Shown: in pieces, positions 27,875 to 36,559 of the stretch | Layout of the letters: every line of letters begins with the position of its first letter | Position numbering within the stretch: the first letter of the stretch is position 1 | Origin: Candidatus Poribacteria bacterium | GTDB taxonomy: Bacteria > Poribacteria > WGA-4E > WGA-3G | DNA: 64,000 bases | Assembly: GCA_022820835.1 (NCBI GenBank) | Contig: JAJEET010000123.1 | Coordinates: forward strand, 3,608 to 67,607 | Direction of reading: 5' to 3' | Program-made: the position numbers and the translations under genes | Notes under the pieces: model-generated | Told to the model about the DNA's origin: nothing | Databases searched by the model: none | Seen by the model: only the letters and a program-made list of their open reading frames with translations

Positions 27875-28155
27875 CGTAAACGATACCTCCGCACTACTGA
27901 GTGAAAATATGCTATCACAAACACATTAAAAGGTCAAGTGCAGTACATTTCGATTGTTCGATTCAGAACATTCAGTTTCGTAATTTATTCTTTTTCGACG
28001 TTTGCGTGTTTACCAAAGTTGTGTAGTAAAGTTCCGTAGTGTCTTAGCAATATCGTGTTAAGCAATCCACAATTTTTGAAGAAAGCCGAAAGGATTTGCA
28101 ACACATTAAAAAGATGCTCAACTTCAACCTCATGACAAGGAGAGTGTTGAAACGA

Positions 28156-28587
28156 ATGCGTGTGTTTTTCTCATTCTTTTTTCGTGTTGTATTGTTAGTC
28201 CTTCTGATCAGTATCGTCGGCTGTTCACGCGATGAACCTACGCTTGATGAAGTTGGTATTGAGGGTTTTATTGTTAGAGAACTGTCCATTAACGACATCG
28301 GCATAAATATCTCAGAAAACACACACGTCACCACGGTTTGGGTTTATGGATCCATCCCTAACGGTTGTCAATCGCTCCACGAGATACACCACTGGATCGA
28401 CTGGGGCGAAGGAAATACTATCAACGTCAGGATAACAACGAAAGAACCGGTAACCCCTCACGAATGTACATCTGAAGCAGTAAATCTTCTCATCCCAGTT
28501 CACATCCGCGCTTTTTTTTACTCGAATACGGGTAGGTATAAAGTAATTGTCAACGGTGTCGAAAAGGAATTCCGTACCAATTCATAG
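28156..28587 (+). CDS. Small lipoprotein with one 2-Cys ~100-aa repeat domain (family member 1)
   Basis: The start is at Met21 of the track ORF, after AAGGAG. The lipobox is LLISIVGC. The domain reads I.ISEN..V.V.GS.PNGC...H....GNTINVRIT....C......IPV....GRYKVIVNGVEKEFR. Confidence 0.6.
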   Translation: MRVFFSFFFRVVLLVLLISIVGCSRDEPTLDEVGIEGFIVRELSINDIGINISENTHVTTVWVYGSIPNGCQSLHEIHHWIDWGEGNTINVRITTKEPVTPHECTSEAVNLLIPVHIRAFFYSNTGRYKVIVNGVEKEFRTNS

Positions 28588-28677
28588 ATACCGGAACCCA
28601 CATTCGCGTTTACACTCGGGAGCGTCTTGCACCTTTACAACATTTTTACTCCAGTTACCAAGAAGAGGTTGAAAATC

Positions 28678-29382
28678 ATGCGACTGTTCTTCGCCAGTAT
28701 TGTGTTGACAACGTTTCTGATCGGCATCATGGGGTGTTCACGCTATCTTACAAGGGACTTGGCTATTGGTCACATCGATATCTTTATTTCAGAAAACAAA
28801 CCTGATTACCTCATCGTTATGGTCTATGGGGACCCCGACGGTTGTGAATCCGTCCGCGAGACACAGTATTGGGTCGAAGGAAATACTATCAACATCAGAA
28901 TAACAGTATCAGAAGAGATCATGTATGGAGCACATTGTTCCCTAGCTTTAGACAACTTCCGAATTCCAGTTTATATTGGACAATGGGACGCTATTGGTGC
29001 GTATGATACCTATAAAGTAAATGTTAATGGCACCACAGAGGTATTTCGTATTGAGAATGGTGAGATTTCGATTATTAGAGCGTTGGACGTTCGCAGCATT
29101 GATATAGATATCTCAGAAAGCAGACCTGCTCAAGTTACGGTTCAGGTTAATGGATACTTTTGGAAGGAATGTGTAGAATTCATTGAGACACATCACAAGC
29201 GAGCCGAAAGAAATACCATCAATATCGAAATTGAAGCTAAAATTCCGAATGATGTTAACTGTTCGATTTCCACCCGGGATGGATTGACAGAATATCAAGA
29301 AGTCGTTGATATAGGGACATTCACGCTTGGTGCATATAAAGTGGTTGTCAACGGCCATGAACAAATATTTCGTATCAATTAG
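28678..29382 (+). CDS. Small lipoprotein with two 2-Cys repeat domains (family member 2)
   Basis: The start is at Met18 of the track ORF. The lipobox is LIGIMGC. There are two copies of the same domain (..DPDGCESV..GNTINIRIT..C..YKVNVNG..FRI and ..KECVEF..RNTINIEIE..C..YKVVVNGHEQIFRI). Confidence 0.6.
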   Translation: MRLFFASIVLTTFLIGIMGCSRYLTRDLAIGHIDIFISENKPDYLIVMVYGDPDGCESVRETQYWVEGNTINIRITVSEEIMYGAHCSLALDNFRIPVYIGQWDAIGAYDTYKVNVNGTTEVFRIENGEISIIRALDVRSIDIDISESRPAQVTVQVNGYFWKECVEFIETHHKRAERNTINIEIEAKIPNDVNCSISTRDGLTEYQEVVDIGTFTLGAYKVVVNGHEQIFRIN

Positions 29383-29416
29383 GAGTTGCTGTTCCATAGC
29401 CAAGGAGTTGAAAACC

Positions 29417-29887
29417 GTGCGTTCGCTTTTTGTCTTTTTTTTACGTGTCGTGTTATTGGCATGCCTAATTGGTTTTGCCAGTTGTTCGCGCGATGAAGAT
29501 GTTACCACGGATGTATCCATCAACGACGATAAAGATGAATATGTTAATATGGATTTGACCATCAACGACATTGAAATCTTTATCTCAAGGGACCACTACC
29601 AAAGTGTCCCTTATATTATCATCGTTCTGGTTCACGGTTCTGTCCCGAACAGTTGTGAATACCCCAACGAGACGAGACATCATTGGCAAGATAACAACAC
29701 GGTCATCATTGAGATAAAAGCTAAACGCGTGATAGACGACTCTTTCGATTGTTCAACTAACGTAGCAGCGTTCCAAGTCCCTATTTATCTCGGTGAATTT
29801 CCCCGTTTCGCTATTGATGGAAGGTATAAAGCAGGTAAGTATGAAGTGATTGTCAACGGTGTCAAAAAGGAGTTCCATATTGATTAG
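29417..29887 (+). CDS. Small lipoprotein with one 2-Cys repeat domain (family member 3)
   Basis: The GTG start at 29417 lies 9 nt after AAGGAG, in the same context as members 1 and 2. The lipobox is LIGFASC. The domain reads ..GSVPNSCEY..NNTVIIEIK..C..GKYEVIVNGVKKEFHI. Confidence 0.55.
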   Translation: MRSLFVFFLRVVLLACLIGFASCSRDEDVTTDVSINDDKDEYVNMDLTINDIEIFISRDHYQSVPYIIIVLVHGSVPNSCEYPNETRHHWQDNNTVIIEIKAKRVIDDSFDCSTNVAAFQVPIYLGEFPRFAIDGRYKAGKYEVIVNGVKKEFHID

Positions 29888-29906
29888 GTGTTTCCTGATA
29901 TTTTTC

Positions 29907-29935
29907 TTGCTACATGGCTCTTTCTGTTGTATAAT
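29907..29935 (+). promoter_or_regulatory. Candidate sigma70-type promoter (TTGCTA - 17 nt - TATAAT)
   Basis: ttgcta (29907..29912), an exact 17-nt spacer, then tataat (29930..29935), about 60 nt upstream of the CDS at 29997. Consensus match only; no other support. Confidence 0.35.
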
Positions 29936-29942
29936 CGCCCTA

Positions 29943-29974
29943 CAGTTTTCAGTTATCGGTTGTCAGTCGTCAGG
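29943..29974. repeat. Heptamer tandem array in the 5' leader of the following gene
   Basis: cagtttt/cagttat/cggttgt/cagtcgt/cagg: four and a half degenerate CAGTYRT units. Confidence 0.65.
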
Positions 29975-29996
29975 AAGAAAAATATAAAATTCCCTA

Positions 29997-30812
29997 ATGG
30001 AGAAACTTATGCACGTTGGACTCATGGAAGGCACAATCCGCCGAAAAACACTCACCGAGAACCTTGATGCCGTTGTGGAACATGGGGTCCACCATCTACA
30101 GTATCATGTACCCGCATCGGGACCGTCGGTTGCTGAAATCCGCAAAGAGATGGATACCCGACAGATGACGATCTCCGCGCTTTCGGGTACCTATAATATG
30201 ATTGACCCCGATGTTAAGAAACGGCATGCGGGGTTACAAATGCTGCGTTCTGTCGCGGAAAAATGCGCCCCGCTCGGGACATCGGTAATTACGCTATGCA
30301 CCGGCTCCCGCGACCCGCATAGCATGTGGCGTGCACATCCTGATAACAACACAGCAGAGGCTTGGCGCGACCTCGTCGAATCCATGGAACGGGCGTTAGC
30401 AGTGGCTGAGGAATACGGCGTAGTGCTTGCACTTGAACCTGAAGTCGCAAACGTGATTGATTCTGCACAGAAAGCGCGCCGCCTGCTTGATGAGATGCAA
30501 TCCCCCTACCTAAAGGTTTGTATGGACGGCGCGAATATCTTCCACAAAGGCGAACTGCCAAAGATGCGTGAAATCCTTGATGAGGCGTTCGCACGCCTCG
30601 GCGACGACATCGCACTCGCACACGCAAAAGATTTAGACAGAGACGGTCAAGCCGGACACCTCGCCGCAGGCACAGGACGCTTGGACTACGACCAATATCT
30701 CGGCTTACTGAAAGAAAATGGCTACGACGGCGCAGTCGTACTGCACGGACTTTCGGAAGAACAGGTGCCTTTTTGTACAAACTTCTTACGTGAGAAAATC
30801 ACTGCACTGTAG
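29997..30812 (+). CDS. Sugar phosphate isomerase/epimerase (xylose isomerase-like TIM barrel)
   Basis: It reads ..VVLALEPEVANVIDS..MDGANIFH..AHAKD... An alternative start at ATG 30009 lies 5 nt after GGAGA. Confidence 0.8.
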   Translation: MEKLMHVGLMEGTIRRKTLTENLDAVVEHGVHHLQYHVPASGPSVAEIRKEMDTRQMTISALSGTYNMIDPDVKKRHAGLQMLRSVAEKCAPLGTSVITLCTGSRDPHSMWRAHPDNNTAEAWRDLVESMERALAVAEEYGVVLALEPEVANVIDSAQKARRLLDEMQSPYLKVCMDGANIFHKGELPKMREILDEAFARLGDDIALAHAKDLDRDGQAGHLAAGTGRLDYDQYLGLLKENGYDGAVVLHGLSEEQVPFCTNFLREKITAL

Positions 30813-30835
30813 AAAACGTAACCGTTCCGACATCT

Positions 30836-32476
30836 TTAAACAGTCCCAGACATCCGTTCTGCCAACCGAGCAAGTGCTGGTGAGGTATCCAATTTGTCGA
30901 GTTCCACTTCAATCAGTGTAAAATGTTGCGTCTCGGCGATTGCTGTTTTGATGGCTTCGTCAAATTCGCCCTCGGTTCGGACATGGAACCCGCGTCCCGC
31001 GCCAAAGAGTGTTGGCATACCGCTATAATTCCAACATCCGATATCATTAAATGCCCCTTCAAGGAGGTGCCGCTCGGTGCCGTAACCGTGGTTGTTTAGA
31101 ACAACAACAATCGGATTAAGTCCATAGCGGACAATCGTTGAGAGTTCGGTACCGGTCATCTGGAAAGCACCATCGCCGACGATAACAAGTGGACGTTTAT
31201 TAGGCATGCTAAGCTGCGCCCCAACCGATGCTGGCACTGCAAACCCCATTGAGGTATAGTATGCAGGACTGATAAAATCAGTGTTTTGAGACATTCGCAA
31301 TTCCACAGCACCGAAGAGGCTATCACCGACGTCAGCGATAACGATCAGTCCATCAGTAATAAATTCATTGAGGTGTCGAAACAACCGACGAACAGTTAAA
31401 GATGCGTTAGGTTCAAAAGCGAACGGTTTCGGGTCTGGAAGTACCCACTCCAAATTCGGTTTCCTTCGTTTTCGGAGTTTTGACGAATTGATGCCATCAA
31501 TAAAATCATCAAACATCACCTCTTCGTAAGAATGATAGCGAACTGTAATCTTTTCCGATGTGGCATAGATCGAGCGAGCCCTGTCAAGGTTTGCAGTGTA
31601 AATCCCAAGATTCACGTCCGTCATGAAAGCACCGAGGATGATAACACAATCCGAATCTTCAACAAATCGTCTGACGTCCTCTCGTCCCATAGCACCCTCA
31701 TAGATCCCCAAGTAGAGCGGGTGTGACTCTGGGATCACCGATTTTCCGAGGAGCGTCGCTACAACCGGAATCCGTTTTTCGTCCATAAGGCGGATCAACT
31801 TATTTTGATAGCCGAACCTGTGGATCTCTACGCCCGCGAGGATCACCGGTTTTTTACTTTGATTAATGAAATCAGTCGCATCCTTAACAGCGGCTTCTAA
31901 TGTGTCCGGATCACTGAGATGCCCACCCGTTGAGGGACGTTGATAGAGCGTGCCACGGACATCTACCATATCGCGCGGGAGTTCTAAATAGCCAGGACGT
32001 TTATAGCGATACACCCCGTCAAGCACCCGATCAATTTCGTTGAAAGCCGTAAAAGGTTCATCAAGTAGCGCAGTCGCAACCGTGATCTCGTCATAAATAT
32101 GTTGCTGTGTATGGAAATCCCTGACTTTATGGTGTAGCAGCGCATCTTTCCCGCGTTCTCTGATGCCCGGCGCGCCGCTAATGACAACAACAGGGGATTT
32201 CTCGGCATAAGCCCCCGCGACGGCATTCACCATTGACAATCCGCCGACGCAATAGGTGACACAGGCAGCACCCATCCCTCTCGTACGCGCGTAGGCATCT
32301 GCAGCGTAGCCTGCAGCATCCTCGCGGGTCATACCGATATGTTGAATGGAACTTTGCTCGATAAGATTATAGAAACGGAGCACATAATCGCCGGGAATAC
32401 CGAAGATATGTTCGATGTCGTAACTTTGTAATTTTCGGAGTAGGTATTCGCCGATTGTTGGAGGTCTGTGGTACAT
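30836..32476 (-). CDS. Thiamine-diphosphate-dependent 2-keto acid decarboxylase (indolepyruvate/phenylpyruvate decarboxylase-like)
   Basis: The N-terminal TPP pyrimidine-binding domain reads IGEYLLRKL..HIFGIPGDY. The C-terminal TPP-binding motif is GDGAFQMTGTELST..LNNHGY. Confidence 0.85.
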   Translation of the reverse strand: MYHRPPTIGEYLLRKLQSYDIEHIFGIPGDYVLRFYNLIEQSSIQHIGMTREDAAGYAADAYARTRGMGAACVTYCVGGLSMVNAVAGAYAEKSPVVVISGAPGIRERGKDALLHHKVRDFHTQQHIYDEITVATALLDEPFTAFNEIDRVLDGVYRYKRPGYLELPRDMVDVRGTLYQRPSTGGHLSDPDTLEAAVKDATDFINQSKKPVILAGVEIHRFGYQNKLIRLMDEKRIPVVATLLGKSVIPESHPLYLGIYEGAMGREDVRRFVEDSDCVIILGAFMTDVNLGIYTANLDRARSIYATSEKITVRYHSYEEVMFDDFIDGINSSKLRKRRKPNLEWVLPDPKPFAFEPNASLTVRRLFRHLNEFITDGLIVIADVGDSLFGAVELRMSQNTDFISPAYYTSMGFAVPASVGAQLSMPNKRPLVIVGDGAFQMTGTELSTIVRYGLNPIVVVLNNHGYGTERHLLEGAFNDIGCWNYSGMPTLFGAGRGFHVRTEGEFDEAIKTAIAETQHFTLIEVELDKLDTSPALARLAERMSGTV

Positions 32477-32503
32477 CGGATTACCTCGTTGTATGTATTT
32501 ATC

Positions 32504-32896
32504 TTATTTTTTATATTCTGCGCGCACGACCGTTTTGATGCCGCCGCGAATGTTGAAATCGCCGACAACTTCCGCTTTTCGTGGTTGACACGCTTTAACG
32601 AAGTCCTCCAAAACCTTATTCACGACATGCTCATGAAAAATCCCGACATCACGGTAGAAAAGGAAGTACTCTTTCAACGATTTCAACTCAACGCAATGCT
32701 GGTCGGGCGTGTAACTGATGCAGAGCGTCGCGAAATCTGGCAACCCTGTCTTAGGGCATACAGCGGTAAATTCCAGATTCGTAATCTCAATCGTATAATC
32801 TCGGTGGCTATACTGATTTTCCCACGTCTCAATAGCCGGTGTCTCTAATTTTGGAATATGGGTTTGTAGATCGTCATAACCAATGTTTTGACCCAT
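32504..32896 (-). CDS. queF: NADPH-dependent 7-cyano-7-deazaguanine reductase (preQ0 reductase, type I)
   Basis: It reads ..FTAVCPKTGLPDFATLCISYTPDQHCVELKSLKEYFLFYRD..FHEHVVNKV.., the QueF signature with catalytic Cys. 130 aa. Confidence 0.9.
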   Translation of the reverse strand: MGQNIGYDDLQTHIPKLETPAIETWENQYSHRDYTIEITNLEFTAVCPKTGLPDFATLCISYTPDQHCVELKSLKEYFLFYRDVGIFHEHVVNKVLEDFVKACQPRKAEVVGDFNIRGGIKTVVRAEYKK

Positions 32897-33059
32897 TCAA
32901 TGCCTCCATTAATAGTTATCAGTACGGAATCGGGTACGATTCCTTTCAGTTATCGGTTATCAGTTAAAAGAGGGTTGTGATAATTCCACAAGTCTCTTTC
33001 TGACAACTGAAAGGTTTTTCGCAGAAAACCGTACTGAAAACTGTTAACTGCGTACTCGC
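32897..33059. repeat. Composite palindromic intergenic element (two hairpin modules in opposite orientation, heptamer arms, AAGAG/CTCTT inner stem)
   Basis: The hairpin modules lie at 32920..32949 (+) and 33007..33036 (-). Between them are cagttat/cggttat/cagtt, then aaagag..ctcttt, then ctgacaactg. The end reads ctgttaactgcgtactcgc and abuts the stop of the next CDS. Confidence 0.75.
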
Positions 33060-35837
33060 CTATTTCAGAATCACCATTCGGCGGGTGCTTTCAAAATCAC
33101 CAGCGGTAAATGTGTAGAAATAGATCCCGCTAGCGACCATAGTCCCAGATTCGTTCCTACCATCCCAGTACGCAGCCTTCTCTCGGTTCTGGTAGTTACC
33201 CGGCTCCTGTAGTCCGATATTCAATTGGCGGACAAGCCTACCCCTGACATCATAGATTTTAACGGCAACCTCGGTTCTCTCGGCAAGATTGTACGGAAAC
33301 CATGTTTCAGGGTTAAACGGGTTCGGATAATTCTGGAAGATCATCGTCTGTTTGATATGTCCAAACGTTGTGAGTGTCTGCGATCCAAGATCGACAGGAA
33401 ACGGAACATCCGCAGAACGGAATCCGAGATCAATAGGATTATAGATAAACGCAGAGCCAGCATTATCACCAGCGTTATCATTGCCATCGGCACCGACGAT
33501 CGCGAACGAACCTCTGATACCAACCGAGGCACCGAAGCGGTCAAATCGGTTTGTACCGCTCGCAACAATTCTGCGCTTTTCGACCCAGCTCAACCCGTCC
33601 AGTAGAAAGGTGTAGGCTGAGCCTTTGTCGATCTGATCGGCAGGATCGTCACCCAAAAGCACAGGATGATCATCTTTCCATGCTCCGACGATTGCTGTGC
33701 CTTCATGAATTGCGACTGCTGACCCGAATTCATCACCTGACACGGTCCCAGCGGAAGTCAGTTTTGCTTGTTGTATCCAAGCCTCGCTTGTTTCTACAAA
33801 AATATAAGCGGTCCCCATATCTGTTTCATTCCGATCATCCTTAGGCGCACCGATGATCGCGACCCCATTCGTTAGATCGACAGCGTATCCGAATTCATCA
33901 CCGAGTCCACTGTCGTTTGGAATGAGCTGCGTGTTTTGCGTCCATGTGCCGCCGCTACGTGTAAAAATGTAAGCTGCGCCTGAATTCGGCCCTGCCGCGT
34001 CCGCCCCGTGTGCACCGATAAGCGCACTGTCGCCGTAGACAGCGACAGCAAAACCGAATAGATCCCCTGGCACAGCGTTTCGGTGCGTTAATTTTGCCTG
34101 CTGCGACCAAGAAGTACCGTTTCGGACAAAGACATAAGCAGCCCCCGTATCTACACCACCTTCATCCTTTCCATAAGCACCAACGATAACAGTATCTTCA
34201 TAAATAGCGAGTGCGGATCCGAACTGGTCGAACATACCGAGGTCATTACCGACCAATTTTGCCTGTTGGATCCAGTTGTCTCCCGAACGAATGAAGATGT
34301 ATGCGGCACCCGCTTCCGGGCCCGCGTCATCAACGCCGGGCGCACCAATAACCGCGGTTTCCCCGCTGATCGCAACAGTATTACCAAATAGGTCGCCTGC
34401 CTTCGCATCGTTGGCAATAATCTTCGCGCGTTCTAACCAGAGGACGTCACTCCGTTCAAAGATGTACGCGGCACCAGCGTTCGGCGCAACATCATCGTTT
34501 TGTTGCGCACCAGAGATCGCGAGATTCCCATGAATCGCTACCGAAATTCCAAACTGATCTTCCGATGCTGTTTCGCCATCGCTGAGCTTGATGTTCTCAA
34601 CCCATCCACCGCCATCTTTTTGCTCAAAAATATAAGCAGCACCAGAGTTGGGGCCCCCAGCACTGTGATACGGAGCACCCGCGATAACTTCGTTTCCACT
34701 GATGGCGACAGCAGCACCAAGTTGGTCCCCGCTGCTTCTATCACTCGCGACGAGTTTCGTGTGTTGGTTCCAGAATGGCGGTTCATTTTGTGTAAAAATG
34801 TAAGCGGCACCCACGGTATCTTCACCAACGATACCCGATCTCGCACCAATGACAGCCGTTTCACCACTAATATCGACCGAGACACCGAAAGAAGTTGCGC
34901 CATCGGGATCAATTGGGATCATACGGATACGGGTGCGATTCCTTTTTTGTAACCAGAACCTGCCCTCCTCGCGTTTATAGATATAAGCGGCACCGGTTTT
35001 CTCGTTGTTAGGTGAAGTCACAATAGCAAAATCACCATCAACATCGACGGCGTACCCAAAATTGTCACTTGCTTCGGTGTTGTTGCCGATGAGTTTCTTC
35101 TGGAATATCCAACCGGACGGGTCCCGTACAAATATATAAGCGGCACCGGCATTTTCACCGGCTTCGTCATCACGGATTGCGCCGATGATGGCTGTCCTAC
35201 CGTCAGTGCCGACAGAGAAACCGAAATTTGCGAATCTGCTGGCATCAGGGGCAGCGAGCACGGCTGTCTGGATCCATAAGTTGCCTCTTCGCTCGAAAAT
35301 GTATGCCGCTCCTGCGTCTGCGACAGGATTGTTGGCGCGATATGCCCCAACGAGTGCTGTGTCGCCAGCAATTGCAACTGAAATTCCGAAATAGTCCCCT
35401 GCCTTCGCGTCAAGGGCAACCAGTTTCATCTGCTCGACCCATTGTGTGCCTTGCCGCGCGAAAATATAAGCAGCACCTGAGTTCTTGCCTACATCGTCTT
35501 TCCTCGGTACACCGACGATGGCGTAGTCACCACTCATTGCAAGTTTTGTTCCGAATTCGTCATCAGCTGCCGAATCGCTGAGGTACAACTTTTGATGTTG
35601 TACCCATCCGGTTTCACTGCGGAAAAAGACATGGATTGAACCTGCATTTGCACCATTTTCGGTATCATCGTTCGGAACACCCACCATCGCATAGTCACCG
35701 CTTATACCGACACTCGTACCAAGATTATCGCTAACAACAGCAGCACTCGTATTCAGTTGCACCCTGTCGGCATTGCTGTGCAAGGCTAAACCGACTCCGA
35801 AAAACAAGGTTAGCATGGCAATCTGTAATCTCTTCAA
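33060..35837 (-). CDS. Secreted FG-GAP/integrin-alpha-like beta-propeller repeat protein with T9SS type A C-terminal sorting domain
   Basis: It has a signal peptide and about 14 repeats of ..DxFGxSVAIsGdxAvvGA..dD..G.naGAAYIF.r.g..W.q. The C-terminus reads FQNYPNPFNPETWFPY..VKIYDVRGRLVRQL..GIYFYTF (Por/T9SS CTD). The start is TTG 35837 or ATG 35816. Confidence 0.8.
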   Translation of the reverse strand: MKRLQIAMLTLFFGVGLALHSNADRVQLNTSAAVVSDNLGTSVGISGDYAMVGVPNDDTENGANAGSIHVFFRSETGWVQHQKLYLSDSAADDEFGTKLAMSGDYAIVGVPRKDDVGKNSGAAYIFARQGTQWVEQMKLVALDAKAGDYFGISVAIAGDTALVGAYRANNPVADAGAAYIFERRGNLWIQTAVLAAPDASRFANFGFSVGTDGRTAIIGAIRDDEAGENAGAAYIFVRDPSGWIFQKKLIGNNTEASDNFGYAVDVDGDFAIVTSPNNEKTGAAYIYKREEGRFWLQKRNRTRIRMIPIDPDGATSFGVSVDISGETAVIGARSGIVGEDTVGAAYIFTQNEPPFWNQHTKLVASDRSSGDQLGAAVAISGNEVIAGAPYHSAGGPNSGAAYIFEQKDGGGWVENIKLSDGETASEDQFGISVAIHGNLAISGAQQNDDVAPNAGAAYIFERSDVLWLERAKIIANDAKAGDLFGNTVAISGETAVIGAPGVDDAGPEAGAAYIFIRSGDNWIQQAKLVGNDLGMFDQFGSALAIYEDTVIVGAYGKDEGGVDTGAAYVFVRNGTSWSQQAKLTHRNAVPGDLFGFAVAVYGDSALIGAHGADAAGPNSGAAYIFTRSGGTWTQNTQLIPNDSGLGDEFGYAVDLTNGVAIIGAPKDDRNETDMGTAYIFVETSEAWIQQAKLTSAGTVSGDEFGSAVAIHEGTAIVGAWKDDHPVLLGDDPADQIDKGSAYTFLLDGLSWVEKRRIVASGTNRFDRFGASVGIRGSFAIVGADGNDNAGDNAGSAFIYNPIDLGFRSADVPFPVDLGSQTLTTFGHIKQTMIFQNYPNPFNPETWFPYNLAERTEVAVKIYDVRGRLVRQLNIGLQEPGNYQNREKAAYWDGRNESGTMVASGIYFYTFTAGDFESTRRMVILK

Positions 35838-35858
35838 TTCTTTTTTCCTCGGGAATGG

Positions 35859-35958
35859 CAGTCAGCAGTCAGCAGTCAGCAGTCAGCAAAGAGAAGAAAC
35901 GTTTATTTAACGCTTGCGTCTTTGCTGATGGCTGATGGCTAATGGCTAACGGCTAATT
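35859..35958. repeat. Palindromic element: (CAGTCAG)x4 arm, inner stem-loop, (GCTRAYG)x5 arm
   Basis: There are four perfect tandem heptamers at 35859..35886. The inner stem is gcaaag..ctttgc. The right arm gctgatg/gctgatg/gctaatg/gctaacg/gctaatt (35924..35958) runs into the 3' end of CDS 35939..36559. Confidence 0.8.
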
Positions 35959-36559
35959 GATAGATTTTTTTCGCTTTATCCTCGCCATACCACAATGCCG
36001 TGCCGTCCCATGTAAGTCCATGCGGCTCGTTTGGACATGAAACCGAATCGAGGACTTCACCGGTTTCCGGATGAATTCGGTAAATAACGTGGTCGTTTGT
36101 GTCGGCGTTCCAGAGTGCTTCGCCATCCCACGCCAACCCGTGCGCACGGCCCCCAGGTGTTTTCAATTCGGCAAGGATTTCACCGGTTTCTGGACACTGT
36201 TTGATAAATCGGCTCGTGTTCATGTCAACGCTCCAGAGGTGCTCACCGTCCCACGCCAACCCGTGCGGCCCCTCCGCTGGCGATGCAAAAGTCGTGACGA
36301 TTTCCAATTCGGGAACTGTCAGTTTATAAAATGTCTGTTGCCAGATGCTATTATACCAAAGATGCTCGCCGTCCCATTCTATACCGGCTCCACCGGGAAA
36401 TTCGGGTGTCAGCGTTAGTTCTATCTCGCCAGTTTCAGGATCGATCTTATGGACCGGACCGACACCTTCGACGCTCCAAAGTGAGGTGCCTTGCCAGGCA
36501 AGTCCATTCGTACCGGCGCCGGGTGCTGAAAGTTGGTGTGCGTTTGCTGCTTCACGCAT
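35939..36559 (-). CDS. Five-bladed beta-propeller repeat protein (glutaminyl-cyclase-like repeats)
   Basis: There are five ~40-aa repeats centred on (H)GL(A/T)WDG..LW. No signal peptide. The start overlaps the queG stop by 8 nt. The family assignment is tentative. Confidence 0.5.
   Translation of the reverse strand: MREAANAHQLSAPGAGTNGLAWQGTSLWSVEGVGPVHKIDPETGEIELTLTPEFPGGAGIEWDGEHLWYNSIWQQTFYKLTVPELEIVTTFASPAEGPHGLAWDGEHLWSVDMNTSRFIKQCPETGEILAELKTPGGRAHGLAWDGEALWNADTNDHVIYRIHPETGEVLDSVSCPNEPHGLTWDGTALWYGEDKAKKIYQLAVSH

Noticed and set aside
32897-33059. Possible preQ1 riboswitch upstream of queF. On the minus strand it reads AGAGAC..CAACCCUCUUUUAACUGAUAAC, superficially like the P1 stem plus A-rich tail of preQ1-I.
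   Set aside because: The stem encloses a ~20-nt internal hairpin, far larger than the 34-nt aptamer. The same AAGAG..CTCTT module recurs in repeat elements next to unrelated genes (44085-44145, 57470-57510, and inside tlyA). It is part of the repeat family, not a queF-specific aptamer.
35859-35886. Heptamer arrays as possible CRISPR-like or other spacer-containing arrays.
   Set aside because: The period is 7 nt with no unique spacers. The arrays are 20-35 nt long and occur as inverted pairs. Nothing resembles a CRISPR repeat-spacer structure, and there are no cas genes.
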